A DNA stretch of 57,004 bases from positions 1 through 57,004 of the IMG/VR virus record IMGVR_UViG_3300024999_000122; one strand, given 5' to 3'. Position numbers and translations under genes: made by a program. The first letter of the stretch is position 1, and the number at the start of each line of letters is the position of its first letter. The notes beneath the pieces are model-generated. The model was given only the letters and a program-made list of their open reading frames with translations, had not been told where the DNA came from and searched no databases. Source of the stretch: a virus (Duplodnaviria > Caudoviricetes). Shown piece after piece: positions 26,707 through 35,713 of the stretch.

Positions 26707-27438
26707 GTGGAAAATGACTACAAAGTAAATGGGGAGGTAGCCGTAATTATCTTACGGCACAAAAAGAAAGACTGGCGGGAAGACGTGGTACTAATAGACG
26801 CCGTCGAACTTCCTAAGCTGCTGGAGTTTAAAGGCCGTTTCCACCCCTACGTACACCCAAGAACTGGTAAACTTTACGCCAGGGGCTACTATAAAGACCC
26901 CGTAACCAAGAAGATAAGCCAGCCATTGTTACACAGACTTATCATGGAACCGACACGTGGCCAAAATACCATGCACATTAACGAAGACACGCTTTTATGT
27001 ACCAGGTTTAATATGCGAAACGTGATTATAGGCACTAGCCAGCAGGACCTAATGGATCTTATACAGGCTGAACAGGAATCATTAAGGGTGCTGGAAGAAA
27101 CGGCGTCGCCTACAGCTGGAGAAGTAGAAAACGAAACCTTCTTAGTACACGAAACGACGACGGCTGGCGTATGGCTGCCAGACCTGGCCAATTTAAGCGA
27201 AGGCGGCCTAAAGATAGCCCTGGACGAACTTAAAGCAGCGGGGAAAATCGAGAAGGGTGTAAGCTTCCATAAGCAAAAAAGACGCTGGGAGGTAAGCGCG
27301 TTCCATGAGGGGGTAAGGCATAGGCTAGGGTACTGGCCGCCCGTAGACCTAGAGCGGGCTAATAAGGCGGTAAAACTATTTAGGGACGTAGGCCCCGTGG
27401 ACTACTTCGCTGGGGTAGGGAAAGGCGGTACTTTTTAA
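26707..27438 (+). CDS. Degenerate HNH + AP2 domain protein
   Basis: 'LHRLIM..TMHINEDTLLCTRFNMR' (HNH-like) and 'KGVSFHKQKRRWEV...HRLGYW' (AP2-like). Confidence 0.65.
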   Translation: MENDYKVNGEVAVIILRHKKKDWREDVVLIDAVELPKLLEFKGRFHPYVHPRTGKLYARGYYKDPVTKKISQPLLHRLIMEPTRGQNTMHINEDTLLCTRFNMRNVIIGTSQQDLMDLIQAEQESLRVLEETASPTAGEVENETFLVHETTTAGVWLPDLANLSEGGLKIALDELKAAGKIEKGVSFHKQKRRWEVSAFHEGVRHRLGYWPPVDLERANKAVKLFRDVGPVDYFAGVGKGGTF

Positions 27439-27722
27439 TGAACGACGTAGAACTAGACAAGCTACGGGCCACGGTAGACACGGCCGAAAAACTTAAACGC
27501 CAAATTAAGACGTTGGATGACTTTATAGCTAGTTCGAACAACGCGGTAGGATACCTTAACGTAACCATGAACCACAAGAACCAGAACGAAATACAGCTTA
27601 TTAGTAACTTCGAGACACGTGTAATATTCGACTGGTTTAAAGATCATTTACGGGAAGCCGCCGAGCTACTTAAGTCTGACCTGGAAGGAAAATACAAGGA
27701 ATTGGAAGTGACTAAGAAATGA
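27438..27722 (+). CDS. Hypothetical protein
   Basis: Coupled ORF. Confidence 0.6.
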   Translation: MNDVELDKLRATVDTAEKLKRQIKTLDDFIASSNNAVGYLNVTMNHKNQNEIQLISNFETRVIFDWFKDHLREAAELLKSDLEGKYKELEVTKK

Positions 27723-27958
27723 ATAGTCGCCAGCGTGCTAAACAGGCAGCCAGGAAGGTTAACCCAGTGCAGGAAGCCTGGAACGTAGTAGCTGACCATT
27801 TACTAAGTGTAGAAGCCGTAGCTCCTTGCTTTTTTATTGGTGAGGAGGGTTGGAGCAAAACGCGTAAGTGTCTAAGTTTAACTAGCATAAGAGGCTTTAA
27901 ACTGGTAAGTAAACCGTTAGGGGAGGTAACTAAGAAGTGGCTAAAGACCAGGAAATGA
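27719..27958 (+). CDS. Hypothetical protein
   Basis: ATGA-coupled ORF. Confidence 0.5.
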   Translation: MNSRQRAKQAARKVNPVQEAWNVVADHLLSVEAVAPCFFIGEEGWSKTRKCLSLTSIRGFKLVSKPLGEVTKKWLKTRK

Positions 27959-28215
27959 ACCTAGCCCTAGAAGTGGGACGTAGGTCACTAGAAAAAACCA
28001 AGAACTATTTAAGCCTTCAAAAGCATATTGCCGACCATTACCTAGACCACGCGGAAACGTGCGTTAACTGTTCTAAAAAGCCGGAAGCCGTAAACGCCAT
28101 TAGAAAGCTACGTAACACGGCCAGCGCAGCCGAAGAAGCCCTTAACACGTTTACCAGTGTTGAAGCTGACACGCTTAAGGAACTTAAAGAAGTGGCAAAG
28201 AACCAAGCGCACTAA
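27937..28215 (+). CDS. Hypothetical protein with CxxC
   Basis: RBS GGGAGG; 'HAETCVNC'. Confidence 0.55.
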   Translation: MAKDQEMNLALEVGRRSLEKTKNYLSLQKHIADHYLDHAETCVNCSKKPEAVNAIRKLRNTASAAEEALNTFTSVEADTLKELKEVAKNQAH

Positions 28216-28239
28216 ATTAAATAGGGGGTAATAAACACG

Positions 28240-28473
28240 ATGGATGTTAAAAACCGTATCGAAGTAGCTAAAGTTAACCTTAAGAAGGCCGAGCAGGCTA
28301 AGACCATCAAAGAAACCCAAAAGAAGGCAGCTGAACAGCAGCGCGACGAAGTGATAGTAAAGCTAGCCCAGGAGGGCGTAACCCCAGAAACGGTAGCCGA
28401 GGAAATAGCCAAGCTGGATTCCGAAATACAGGCCAGCCTAACCAAGGTAGAAGGCCTTATACCGAGACTATAA
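28240..28473 (+). CDS. Small coiled-coil protein (possible partner of split SbcC)
   Basis: Helix-'GVTPE'-helix; immediately upstream of the SbcC C-terminal half. Confidence 0.65.
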   Translation: MDVKNRIEVAKVNLKKAEQAKTIKETQKKAAEQQRDEVIVKLAQEGVTPETVAEEIAKLDSEIQASLTKVEGLIPRL

Positions 28474-28485
28474 GGGGGCGGTTAC

Positions 28486-29226
28486 GTGTCATTAGCAGAA
28501 TTACTAGCCAGAAAGCCCGTCAGACCTTCCACGTTGACGCCTGACGAGTTAAAAGTAGCTAACCCTACTTACGGGTCCTACCAGCTTAATAAGGTTAAAC
28601 TGGACCTTAAAACGGCCGCGCAGAAGCTAGCCGTAAGGGAGGGTAAACGGGACCTACTTTTAGAGCAGCGCGCCACGGCAGAAGCTAGCCAGCAGACAGC
28701 AGAAAACCAACTATCTATACTGGATAAAGTGTTAATCCTGCTACAGAAGGCTAGCGACTTCGCCAGGCAACAGACCAAGGGACGCATGGAAGAACTGGTA
28801 AGCCAGGCCCTAAATATCGTGTACGGGGGTAACCATAAATTTATCATTGACCTAGTAGTACGTTCGAACCGACCAGAAGCAGACTTTTATTTAAACGAGA
28901 ACGGCGTAGTAACCAAGCTGGAGAAGCCCGACTACGATAACGGCGGCGGCAAGATTGACGTAATATGTCTAACGCTTCGCCTGGCCATTGACGAACTGGT
29001 AAACGACGACGGCCCGTTACTGCTGGACGAAATCGGGAAGCACGTAGACGGGGAAGCAGCCATAAACCTGGCGTATTTCCTTAAGCAGTACGCCGAAAAG
29101 TTCGGTCGCCAGATCATTCTTATTACTCATAACACGACCTTGGAAACCATAGGCGACGTAAGCTACAGGGTAACTAAGGACCCCGTAACCCAGGAAGCCA
29201 GGGTAAAAGGAGGGGCTAGGGAATGA
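28486..29226 (+). CDS. SbcC/Rad50-like ATPase, C-terminal half
   Basis: Signature-like 'NGGGK', Walker B 'LLLDE', D-loop 'HVD', H-loop 'ILITH'; no Walker A. Confidence 0.85.
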   Translation: MSLAELLARKPVRPSTLTPDELKVANPTYGSYQLNKVKLDLKTAAQKLAVREGKRDLLLEQRATAEASQQTAENQLSILDKVLILLQKASDFARQQTKGRMEELVSQALNIVYGGNHKFIIDLVVRSNRPEADFYLNENGVVTKLEKPDYDNGGGKIDVICLTLRLAIDELVNDDGPLLLDEIGKHVDGEAAINLAYFLKQYAEKFGRQIILITHNTTLETIGDVSYRVTKDPVTQEARVKGGARE

Positions 29227-29405
29227 AAGTAAAACTAAGTGAATTCCCTAACCAACCTGGAGCCATGGCCTGCTGTAAAGAATGTCAAGGAAAAACGCGT
29301 AAGGATTGCCAGCCCGAACCAATGAACTGCCCAGACTTCTTTATACAGAATAAGACGTTTATGGACAGACGGCTTATGGATGCCGAAGAGGGGGTAAAAA
29401 CATGA
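29223..29405 (+). CDS. Small Cys-rich hypothetical protein
   Basis: ATGA-coupled at both ends. Confidence 0.55.
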   Translation: MKVKLSEFPNQPGAMACCKECQGKTRKDCQPEPMNCPDFFIQNKTFMDRRLMDAEEGVKT

Positions 29406-30406
29406 TACGTCTACTATTTACCGCGGATTGGCACTTACGGGGAGCGAACCCCAGGAACCGCACCGACGACTACAAGGAAGCAGTAAAGGCCAAGCTGCTA
29501 GAATGTTTCCAGCTAGCTAAAAAGTGGGAAGTAAATGCTATTCTGACACCTGGGGACATATGGGACAGCTTCGTAGTCAGTATAGGAACGCTGCTAGAGT
29601 ACGCGGACTTTATCAATGAACACAGCGGCGGCGTCCCAATACTTACGACCTTCGGCCAGCACGACGTACAGGGCTACAACGTCGCCAGCTTATACCGTAC
29701 TAGCCTGGCCCTGCTGGAAAGACTGGTACCGAATCTACGGATATACAAGAACCCCAGCGACCCCAACGACGTAGCCTATATATTTAACGACAACGGCTAC
29801 ACGGAAGCGGCTATAACCTTCACGCCATACAGTCGAAAGATGGACGTAAACGGCTACGGCTACAGCCCAGAAGTTAAGCTAGTAGAAGGAATTACGAGTA
29901 TCCAGGTATCCCACGGTACCCTATTAGATCACGAACCGCCGTTTGATAAGTTTACCCTGGTAGACGACGCAGTAACGACGGCCGACCTGGTACTAACGGG
30001 GGACTACCACCCTGGCTACGGACTTATTAAACGGGCCGACGGGAAGGTATTCTATAACCCAGGCAGCCTAACACGTCTTAAGGCGTCCGAAGCAGAGATA
30101 GCGCGAACCATAGCCGTAGGCCTGGTAACGGTAGATGGTAAGGACATCGACGTAAAGACCATACAGCTGGAGAGCGCGAAGCCTGGCGACGAAGTATTAG
30201 ACCGTAGCCGAATCGAAGCCGAAAAAGAACGGGCCTACGCTATGGACACGTTTAGCGCCCTTATGCAGACCAAGACCGAAGGGGCTGTACTTCTGGACAT
30301 TAACACCATCGTAGAAGCTATAGCCGCCCAGGAGGAAACAGCGCCACATATCGTTAAGGCAGCCCTGGAACTAATCGACGAGCAGCGGGCAAACGTGGTA
30401 GCGTAG
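29402..30406 (+). CDS. SbcD/Mre11-like metallophosphoesterase nuclease
   Basis: 'DWH', 'GDIWD', 'GQHD', 'SHG', 'GDYH', 'NPGS' motifs. Confidence 0.9.
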   Translation: MIRLLFTADWHLRGANPRNRTDDYKEAVKAKLLECFQLAKKWEVNAILTPGDIWDSFVVSIGTLLEYADFINEHSGGVPILTTFGQHDVQGYNVASLYRTSLALLERLVPNLRIYKNPSDPNDVAYIFNDNGYTEAAITFTPYSRKMDVNGYGYSPEVKLVEGITSIQVSHGTLLDHEPPFDKFTLVDDAVTTADLVLTGDYHPGYGLIKRADGKVFYNPGSLTRLKASEAEIARTIAVGLVTVDGKDIDVKTIQLESAKPGDEVLDRSRIEAEKERAYAMDTFSALMQTKTEGAVLLDINTIVEAIAAQEETAPHIVKAALELIDEQRANVVA

Positions 30407-30420
30407 GAGGGATTAAGCTT

Positions 30421-30639
30421 ATGAACTTAGGCGTATACCGCTGCGGAAACTGCGGCCACGAAGAACCTAAAACGGAAGACCTTAAGTTCTTAAAATTCCA
30501 ATGGATGGGACCATTAACCAGTAAAGTAAGTTGTAGGGCCTGCGGTAGTTATACCCTACAAAGGGCCTACGACGACACGTTTACCAGGGGAGAATTTCTT
30601 TTAGTGAAGACCAAAATTAAACATTACGGAAGGGGCTAA
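30421..30639 (+). CDS. Zinc-ribbon hypothetical protein
   Basis: CGNC and CRAC pairs. Confidence 0.6.
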   Translation: MNLGVYRCGNCGHEEPKTEDLKFLKFQWMGPLTSKVSCRACGSYTLQRAYDDTFTRGEFLLVKTKIKHYGRG

Positions 30640-30643
30640 AACC

Positions 30644-31210
30644 ATGGATTTTTTGACAGCAGGCGAGCAGCTTAAGGACTTAGTAGCTACCTACGGTATC
30701 GAGAACGTAAAGGGAGCGGTTAACGAGTTACTAGGCAAGGTGCCCAGAAGCCTGCCAGCCGAACACATAGCGGTACTAAGCCCACCAACAATCCAGGACA
30801 CACTACTCCAGCTGGAGAGTGCAGTAAGCGACGTACTGGCTGCTGGCGTAGAATTAGACGAAGCTTACGGGGAACGTGCCGCGTTAGGTAAGAAACGGGT
30901 ACAGCTTGAAACGGAAATAAAGTTAACCGAAGCAGAAGCCATAATGAAAATAAAGGGGGAAGCACGTAGCCAGTATGTAGAGATCGGGTCCGAAAAAGTG
31001 GCCTTGACTAATGACACGGTACGCGACGCTTACCGCAGAATGTCCAGTAAGCCCCAGCGTGAAGAACTAGCCACGGTAAACGCAGGCCTGTATTTTATCG
31101 ACGTAAACATTGAACGGGCCAAAGAGAAACGAAACACGGCTAAAGAAGCGAACGACAGTATACGGGCCAGGGCAAATATACAGGCCGCGCTTCTGAATTT
31201 CTTAGCGTAG
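30644..31210 (+). CDS. Hypothetical coiled-coil protein
   Basis: 188-aa helical ORF with RBS. Confidence 0.65.
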   Translation: MDFLTAGEQLKDLVATYGIENVKGAVNELLGKVPRSLPAEHIAVLSPPTIQDTLLQLESAVSDVLAAGVELDEAYGERAALGKKRVQLETEIKLTEAEAIMKIKGEARSQYVEIGSEKVALTNDTVRDAYRRMSSKPQREELATVNAGLYFIDVNIERAKEKRNTAKEANDSIRARANIQAALLNFLA

Positions 31211-31222
31211 GAGGGGTTAAAC

Positions 31223-31543
31223 ATGCGTAACCAGTTCGACAGCTGTAGCTACGACGAGCTTACTAGCTGCCTTAAGGCCCGCGTAGAATGGATACGGGAA
31301 AGCCGCCTATTTCTGGCTGACCCGTATACCTTGAAGTATGAACACGTAAGGGCTAAGACAATTTTAAGTATGGCCATTAACGCCGACGAAATACGCTTAC
31401 TTCTTATCATTCGACGGGTCCTTAAACGCAGCAAGTATAGGAACTGGGACAGCACTAACAAGGACCTGGTTAACGGCTACGTACAGGCCTACATGAACGC
31501 TAAAGGTTATAAAGGTTGTATGAGTAGTCGAGCCGTTAGCTAG
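31223..31543 (+). CDS. Hypothetical protein
   Basis: RBS GGAGGGG. Confidence 0.55.
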   Translation: MRNQFDSCSYDELTSCLKARVEWIRESRLFLADPYTLKYEHVRAKTILSMAINADEIRLLLIIRRVLKRSKYRNWDSTNKDLVNGYVQAYMNAKGYKGCMSSRAVS

Positions 31544-31564
31544 TAAAATAGGGAGGGGATAAAC

Positions 31565-32068
31565 TTGATTACAGATATGACCCGGATAAATTCCAGGACC
31601 CACGAAGGACGTCTAGCGCTGGCCCTACTGGCTGTAGTTACTACAACGTCGCACCAAAGCAAGACGCCAGACGACGTTATAGCGTCAGTACATCCCCTAA
31701 TTAGTCGTATGTTTCAAGGGGAACCAGAACCTACCGACGGAAGAGCGGACGCCGAAGTTTTAAAACGGGCTAAAAAGGCCCTACTAGTAACTCTAAGGGA
31801 AGAATCTACCCAGGCATCTGTAGAATATGCAGAACTTGTACTACGAGAAATCGACGCCGCATTAAAGGGGGCAACGGGAACGACTAAAGGGATACGTGCC
31901 GACATGGCTGCACTAAGCACGGTTGAACTGGCCCGAGAACTAAGCGGCAGGCCTGGGGTAGAAATTTTAAAGGTTATGCCTAGCGGCAGCCACGAAGTTA
32001 TGTACGTGTCTACCTTGTACAGGGAACCTTGTAAACCTATAACCGTGTTAGTGGTACCCGCAGAATGA
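31565..32068 (+). CDS. Hypothetical protein
   Basis: RBS GGAGGGG; TTG start. Confidence 0.6.
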   Translation: MITDMTRINSRTHEGRLALALLAVVTTTSHQSKTPDDVIASVHPLISRMFQGEPEPTDGRADAEVLKRAKKALLVTLREESTQASVEYAELVLREIDAALKGATGTTKGIRADMAALSTVELARELSGRPGVEILKVMPSGSHEVMYVSTLYREPCKPITVLVVPAE

Positions 32069-32598
32069 ACGACGCCCAAAGGGACCTACAACACGAACGA
32101 CAGCAGCGCGGCGACGACTTCCAAAATGAAATACGCAAAAGCTGGCGTCTAGTAAATAATTGCTGGCGTATGACCATCGAAAGCGGCAAAGGTACGGGAC
32201 GAGGCAGCGGTACACGTCCAGCCGACGCCATTACCCTACTAAAGGACGTAAACATACTAACGGAACTTAAACGTACAGCTGGAAACGAATTTAAACTAAG
32301 TATGTTAAGGCCTGGGCAGCTTAAGGGGCTTATGGACTTCGATGCCGTGATACCTAGAAACTTCGGCCTGGTATTCATAAGCTTCTTAAACGAAGCCAAG
32401 GGCATAGACGAAGCGTACAGTTTTAGGATTAAAGACGGCCTGGACTTTATGAGGAAGGCGGGACGCTGGCATATCAAGCGGGAAGAAATACCAGACATGT
32501 ACAGCGTATTCGGCTTACCGCTGCCACGGTTACCAGGGGACGACGAACGGCTATACGATTTAGAGGGGGTTAATTACTATTATTCAAATTACGCTTAG
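32065..32598 (+). CDS. RecU-like Holliday junction resolvase (PD-(D/E)xK)
   Basis: 'RGDDFQNEI...PAD...ELKRT...LRPGQ..GL..F'. Confidence 0.7.
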   Translation: MNDAQRDLQHERQQRGDDFQNEIRKSWRLVNNCWRMTIESGKGTGRGSGTRPADAITLLKDVNILTELKRTAGNEFKLSMLRPGQLKGLMDFDAVIPRNFGLVFISFLNEAKGIDEAYSFRIKDGLDFMRKAGRWHIKREEIPDMYSVFGLPLPRLPGDDERLYDLEGVNYYYSNYA

Positions 32599-34276
32599 TA
32601 ATAACATTCGGCTACGAGGACTTACCACGCCGCTACGGGCTGCGATAACTACGGCCTTGACGATTGATAACCCCGAATTCGTGGACCGTAGGAAGAAGCG
32701 ACAGGCTACCTGGGGGATAGACGCTAAACTCCAGCTGTATATTTACGATGGTACCGACATGGTAGCGCCCAGGGGATTTATAGGGGAGTTACGGGACATT
32801 CTTACCGCCCAGGGATTAAGCCCAGACAAGGTAATAACGGTAGATCAAAACTTAGGCAAGGCCGCAGACTTCGGGCCGTGGAACCCAGCCTATAAACTAC
32901 GGGAAGATCAGAAGCCGTTAGTAGCGTCCCTGGTAGCGGATAACGGCATAGGCGTAGCCCCAGCTGGAAGCGGTAAGACAATTATGGGTATGCGGTACAT
33001 TTACGAGGTAGGCCGCCTTACGTTATGGCTAACCCATACGACAGACCTTATGTACCAGACCGAGGAACGGGCCGAAGCAGCGTTACAGGGGGTAGGAAAA
33101 GTAGGCCTACTGGGCGACAGTCTAAAGGAATGGGGTGACGGTAAACTAATCATAGCGACCGTACAGACGCTACAGGCTAATCCTAAGCTATTCGAAATAC
33201 TGGACCCTATTGTAGGCGTCGTCATAATCGACGAGGCCCACCACTTCCCAGCTGGCCAGTTTATCGACGTCGCCGCGAAGTTCAAGGCTGCTAGAATCAT
33301 AGGCCTAACGGCGACACCAGATAGGAAGGACAAGCTAGAACGGTTTATGTACATGGGCATAGGACCGAAGCGCCACGAAATAACCCGCGACGGGCTGTAC
33401 GAATCGGGTAAGCTGATAAAGCCAGACGTTAAATTTATCTTTACTAAGTTCAACTTCGAACAGGCCAGCATACGGGAGGGCACAAACGTAGACGCTGGCG
33501 GCGACGACTTCGACTACATCGAACTTATCCAGGCCTTAATACGTGACCAGGCCAGGGCTGAACTGGTAGCGGAAAACATTATACAGACGTTCCCAGGGGC
33601 AGGAAAAGCCGTCATAGTGCTGACCGAAAGCGTACGGTATTGCTACAAGCTTCGGGACGAATGTCTTAAGTATTTTAACAAGACCTACGCGGCTAACCCG
33701 CCGACAATGGCCGTTATACATGGGGGAATTAGCCGCTACGTATGGCGTAACATACGGGGCGGGCAACGTGCAGCCGAACGCATGGTAGTAAACGGTAAGG
33801 CCCTGGAATGTAAAAAGGCTGGAGCAAGAAGCTGGAAGGTAAAAGTAGAACAGTATACCGAACAAGAATTTAAGGACTGGCAAGTAACCCCAGGACAGCG
33901 TAAGGCAGCCCTGGAAGCCCTGGGAAACAAAAAGGTAGATATACTGTTTACTACCCAGCTGGCCAGGGAAGGCCTGGACTTCGCTCATTTAACCGTAGGG
34001 CATATGGCGACGCCGAAACGTGGCGACGCCCAGGGCAGAAAAGACGGGGCAGCAGTAGAACAGGAAATAGGACGTATCATGCGGCCAGACGCTTCTAACC
34101 CCGACAAAAAGGCAGCCTGGTACGATTACGTAGACTACGAGGTAGGCGTGCTACAGAGTCAGTATTACAGCCGCAGGAAAGTGTACGTACGCCTGGGCCT
34201 GGCTACACCGAAAAAGCCGCCTAAGGAAGCCGAACGGGATCTAATAGACAGCTTCTTAAGCGGGGACATGTACTAA
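32579..34276 (+). CDS. Superfamily 2 DEAH helicase (probable ATT start upstream of annotated 32657)
   Basis: 'APAGSGKT', 'IDEAHH', 'GLTATP', 'EGLD', 'QEIGRIMR'; open frame extends to the RBS at 32563-32569. Confidence 0.88.
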   Translation: MIQITLSNNIRLRGLTTPLRAAITTALTIDNPEFVDRRKKRQATWGIDAKLQLYIYDGTDMVAPRGFIGELRDILTAQGLSPDKVITVDQNLGKAADFGPWNPAYKLREDQKPLVASLVADNGIGVAPAGSGKTIMGMRYIYEVGRLTLWLTHTTDLMYQTEERAEAALQGVGKVGLLGDSLKEWGDGKLIIATVQTLQANPKLFEILDPIVGVVIIDEAHHFPAGQFIDVAAKFKAARIIGLTATPDRKDKLERFMYMGIGPKRHEITRDGLYESGKLIKPDVKFIFTKFNFEQASIREGTNVDAGGDDFDYIELIQALIRDQARAELVAENIIQTFPGAGKAVIVLTESVRYCYKLRDECLKYFNKTYAANPPTMAVIHGGISRYVWRNIRGGQRAAERMVVNGKALECKKAGARSWKVKVEQYTEQEFKDWQVTPGQRKAALEALGNKKVDILFTTQLAREGLDFAHLTVGHMATPKRGDAQGRKDGAAVEQEIGRIMRPDASNPDKKAAWYDYVDYEVGVLQSQYYSRRKVYVRLGLATPKKPPKEAERDLIDSFLSGDMY

Positions 34277-34288
34277 AGGGGGTAAAGC

Positions 34289-34528
34289 ATGGCCCACGGA
34301 ATAAAGCCACTTACTTACGAAGGTAAGAAGTACGTAGTTAAAGGATCACGACAGACTACTAAAGGCCACCTGCTAGATTATACGTGTGACGCGTTTTTAG
34401 TAGCGAAGAAAGGACGACTGAAGGAGGTAAAAAGCGCGGCATTGTTAGACGCTTTAGCACGTTTAAAGCTTTTCGGGACGACGGCGCAGAATTCAGAGAA
34501 TCATAACGAAGCTACTGGTACGCGTTGA
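34289..34528 (+). CDS. Hypothetical protein
   Basis: RBS AAGGGGGT. Confidence 0.6.
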   Translation: MAHGIKPLTYEGKKYVVKGSRQTTKGHLLDYTCDAFLVAKKGRLKEVKSAALLDALARLKLFGTTAQNSENHNEATGTR

Positions 34529-34535
34529 CAATTTA

Positions 34536-34598
34536 TTGACGTATGCAGAATAGCAACGTATAATAGAAAATAAGCGCGATTAGTGGAAAATAAGCGCA
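34536..34598 (+). promoter_or_regulatory. Strong sigmaA promoter with tandem GAAAATAAGCGC boxes
   Basis: TTGACG-N17-TATAAT; boxes at 34566 and 34586. Confidence 0.85.
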
Positions 34599-34616
34599 GC
34601 AGAAAGGAGCGCCGCA

Positions 34617-34847
34617 ATGTCAGAACAGGACAAGCTTAAGTCTTTGGAAAAGGGGCTACAGAACTACCCGCCAGTATTAACGCCTGACCAGGTAGCGGAC
34701 ATACTGGGGGTAAGCCGTAGAACAGTGGACGACTACATTAAGGCCGACGTAATTAAAGCCTTCCCGCTGGACCCTTCCAAAGCACGTAAACAGTACCGAG
34801 TAACCAAGGCCGAACTAATGGCCTATGTCACGAACAAAGGGAACTAA
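34617..34847 (+). CDS. Excisionase-like winged helix-turn-helix protein
   Basis: 'VLTPDQVADILGVSRRTVDDYIK..IKA..YRVTKAEL'. Confidence 0.85.
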   Translation: MSEQDKLKSLEKGLQNYPPVLTPDQVADILGVSRRTVDDYIKADVIKAFPLDPSKARKQYRVTKAELMAYVTNKGN

Positions 34848-34874
34848 GTAAAAGAACGAGAGGGGAAAAAGTTA

Positions 34875-35690
34875 ATGAGTACGAAAGACGCTAACAAAAC
34901 AGAGGTAACCGAAACAGTCCAGGAAAACACAGGAGCAGCCCAGGAAACCCCAGCCACAGAAACCGTCGCCACTGAAAACCTACCAGTAGTTACTACCGAA
35001 GGCGCTGTAGTAAAGTCAACAGTCGGGACAGCCTACATTACCAAGCTTTTAACCGCTATTAAAGAAGAATTCGTAGAGGCTAACGCAGACCTAGACATGG
35101 ACTTCGTGTTTATGGGTACCTGGCTTACCATAGACAAAAAAGGGAACTTCGTAGAGAAAGACGACGAAACTGTAAAGTATGGCGACAGTATCGACGTAGT
35201 GTTTGGCCAAGGAGAAAAGCGCTGGTCTGTATGGGGACTTAAAGACAGCCCAGAAGACGGCACCCTTATTGTGGCCTGCAAGGAAAAGCCCGAAGCAGAA
35301 GCACAAATGACCGCATGGCTGGAGGCTAACCCCGAAGCCCAGAGCCGTTACACGCTTGACAGCCTAGAACTTCGTTACATGGCCTTCGTCGTACCTGTAA
35401 GCACGCTAAACCCTGAAGACTTCCCAAAGGTTTACCTAATGAGTTTTAGCCCGACCGCTACCCTGGACTACGGTAAGTATGCCATGGCGGTATTCGGTGG
35501 ACGCTATAAGCTTATGGGAGTTAAGGCCCGTACAGGAATTAACAAGGTAGTAACCAGGCTTACGACCGCTGAGAAAACAGGTAAAAAATTCGATTGGATA
35601 GGCATAGACTTTACAGCTGTAGGCATGTTCAGCCCAGCCGACTACGGAATAGTCGAGACAGAAGAACCAACGGCAGCAGCCGCCGAATAA
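34875..35690 (+). CDS. Putative single-stranded DNA-binding/replication protein
   Basis: Upstream of primase-helicase; beta-rich aromatic core with acidic tail; assignment by position only. Confidence 0.4.
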   Translation: MSTKDANKTEVTETVQENTGAAQETPATETVATENLPVVTTEGAVVKSTVGTAYITKLLTAIKEEFVEANADLDMDFVFMGTWLTIDKKGNFVEKDDETVKYGDSIDVVFGQGEKRWSVWGLKDSPEDGTLIVACKEKPEAEAQMTAWLEANPEAQSRYTLDSLELRYMAFVVPVSTLNPEDFPKVYLMSFSPTATLDYGKYAMAVFGGRYKLMGVKARTGINKVVTRLTTAEKTGKKFDWIGIDFTAVGMFSPADYGIVETEEPTAAAAE

Positions 35691-35713
35691 ACACATAAGG
35701 GGGCTGCCGTATA

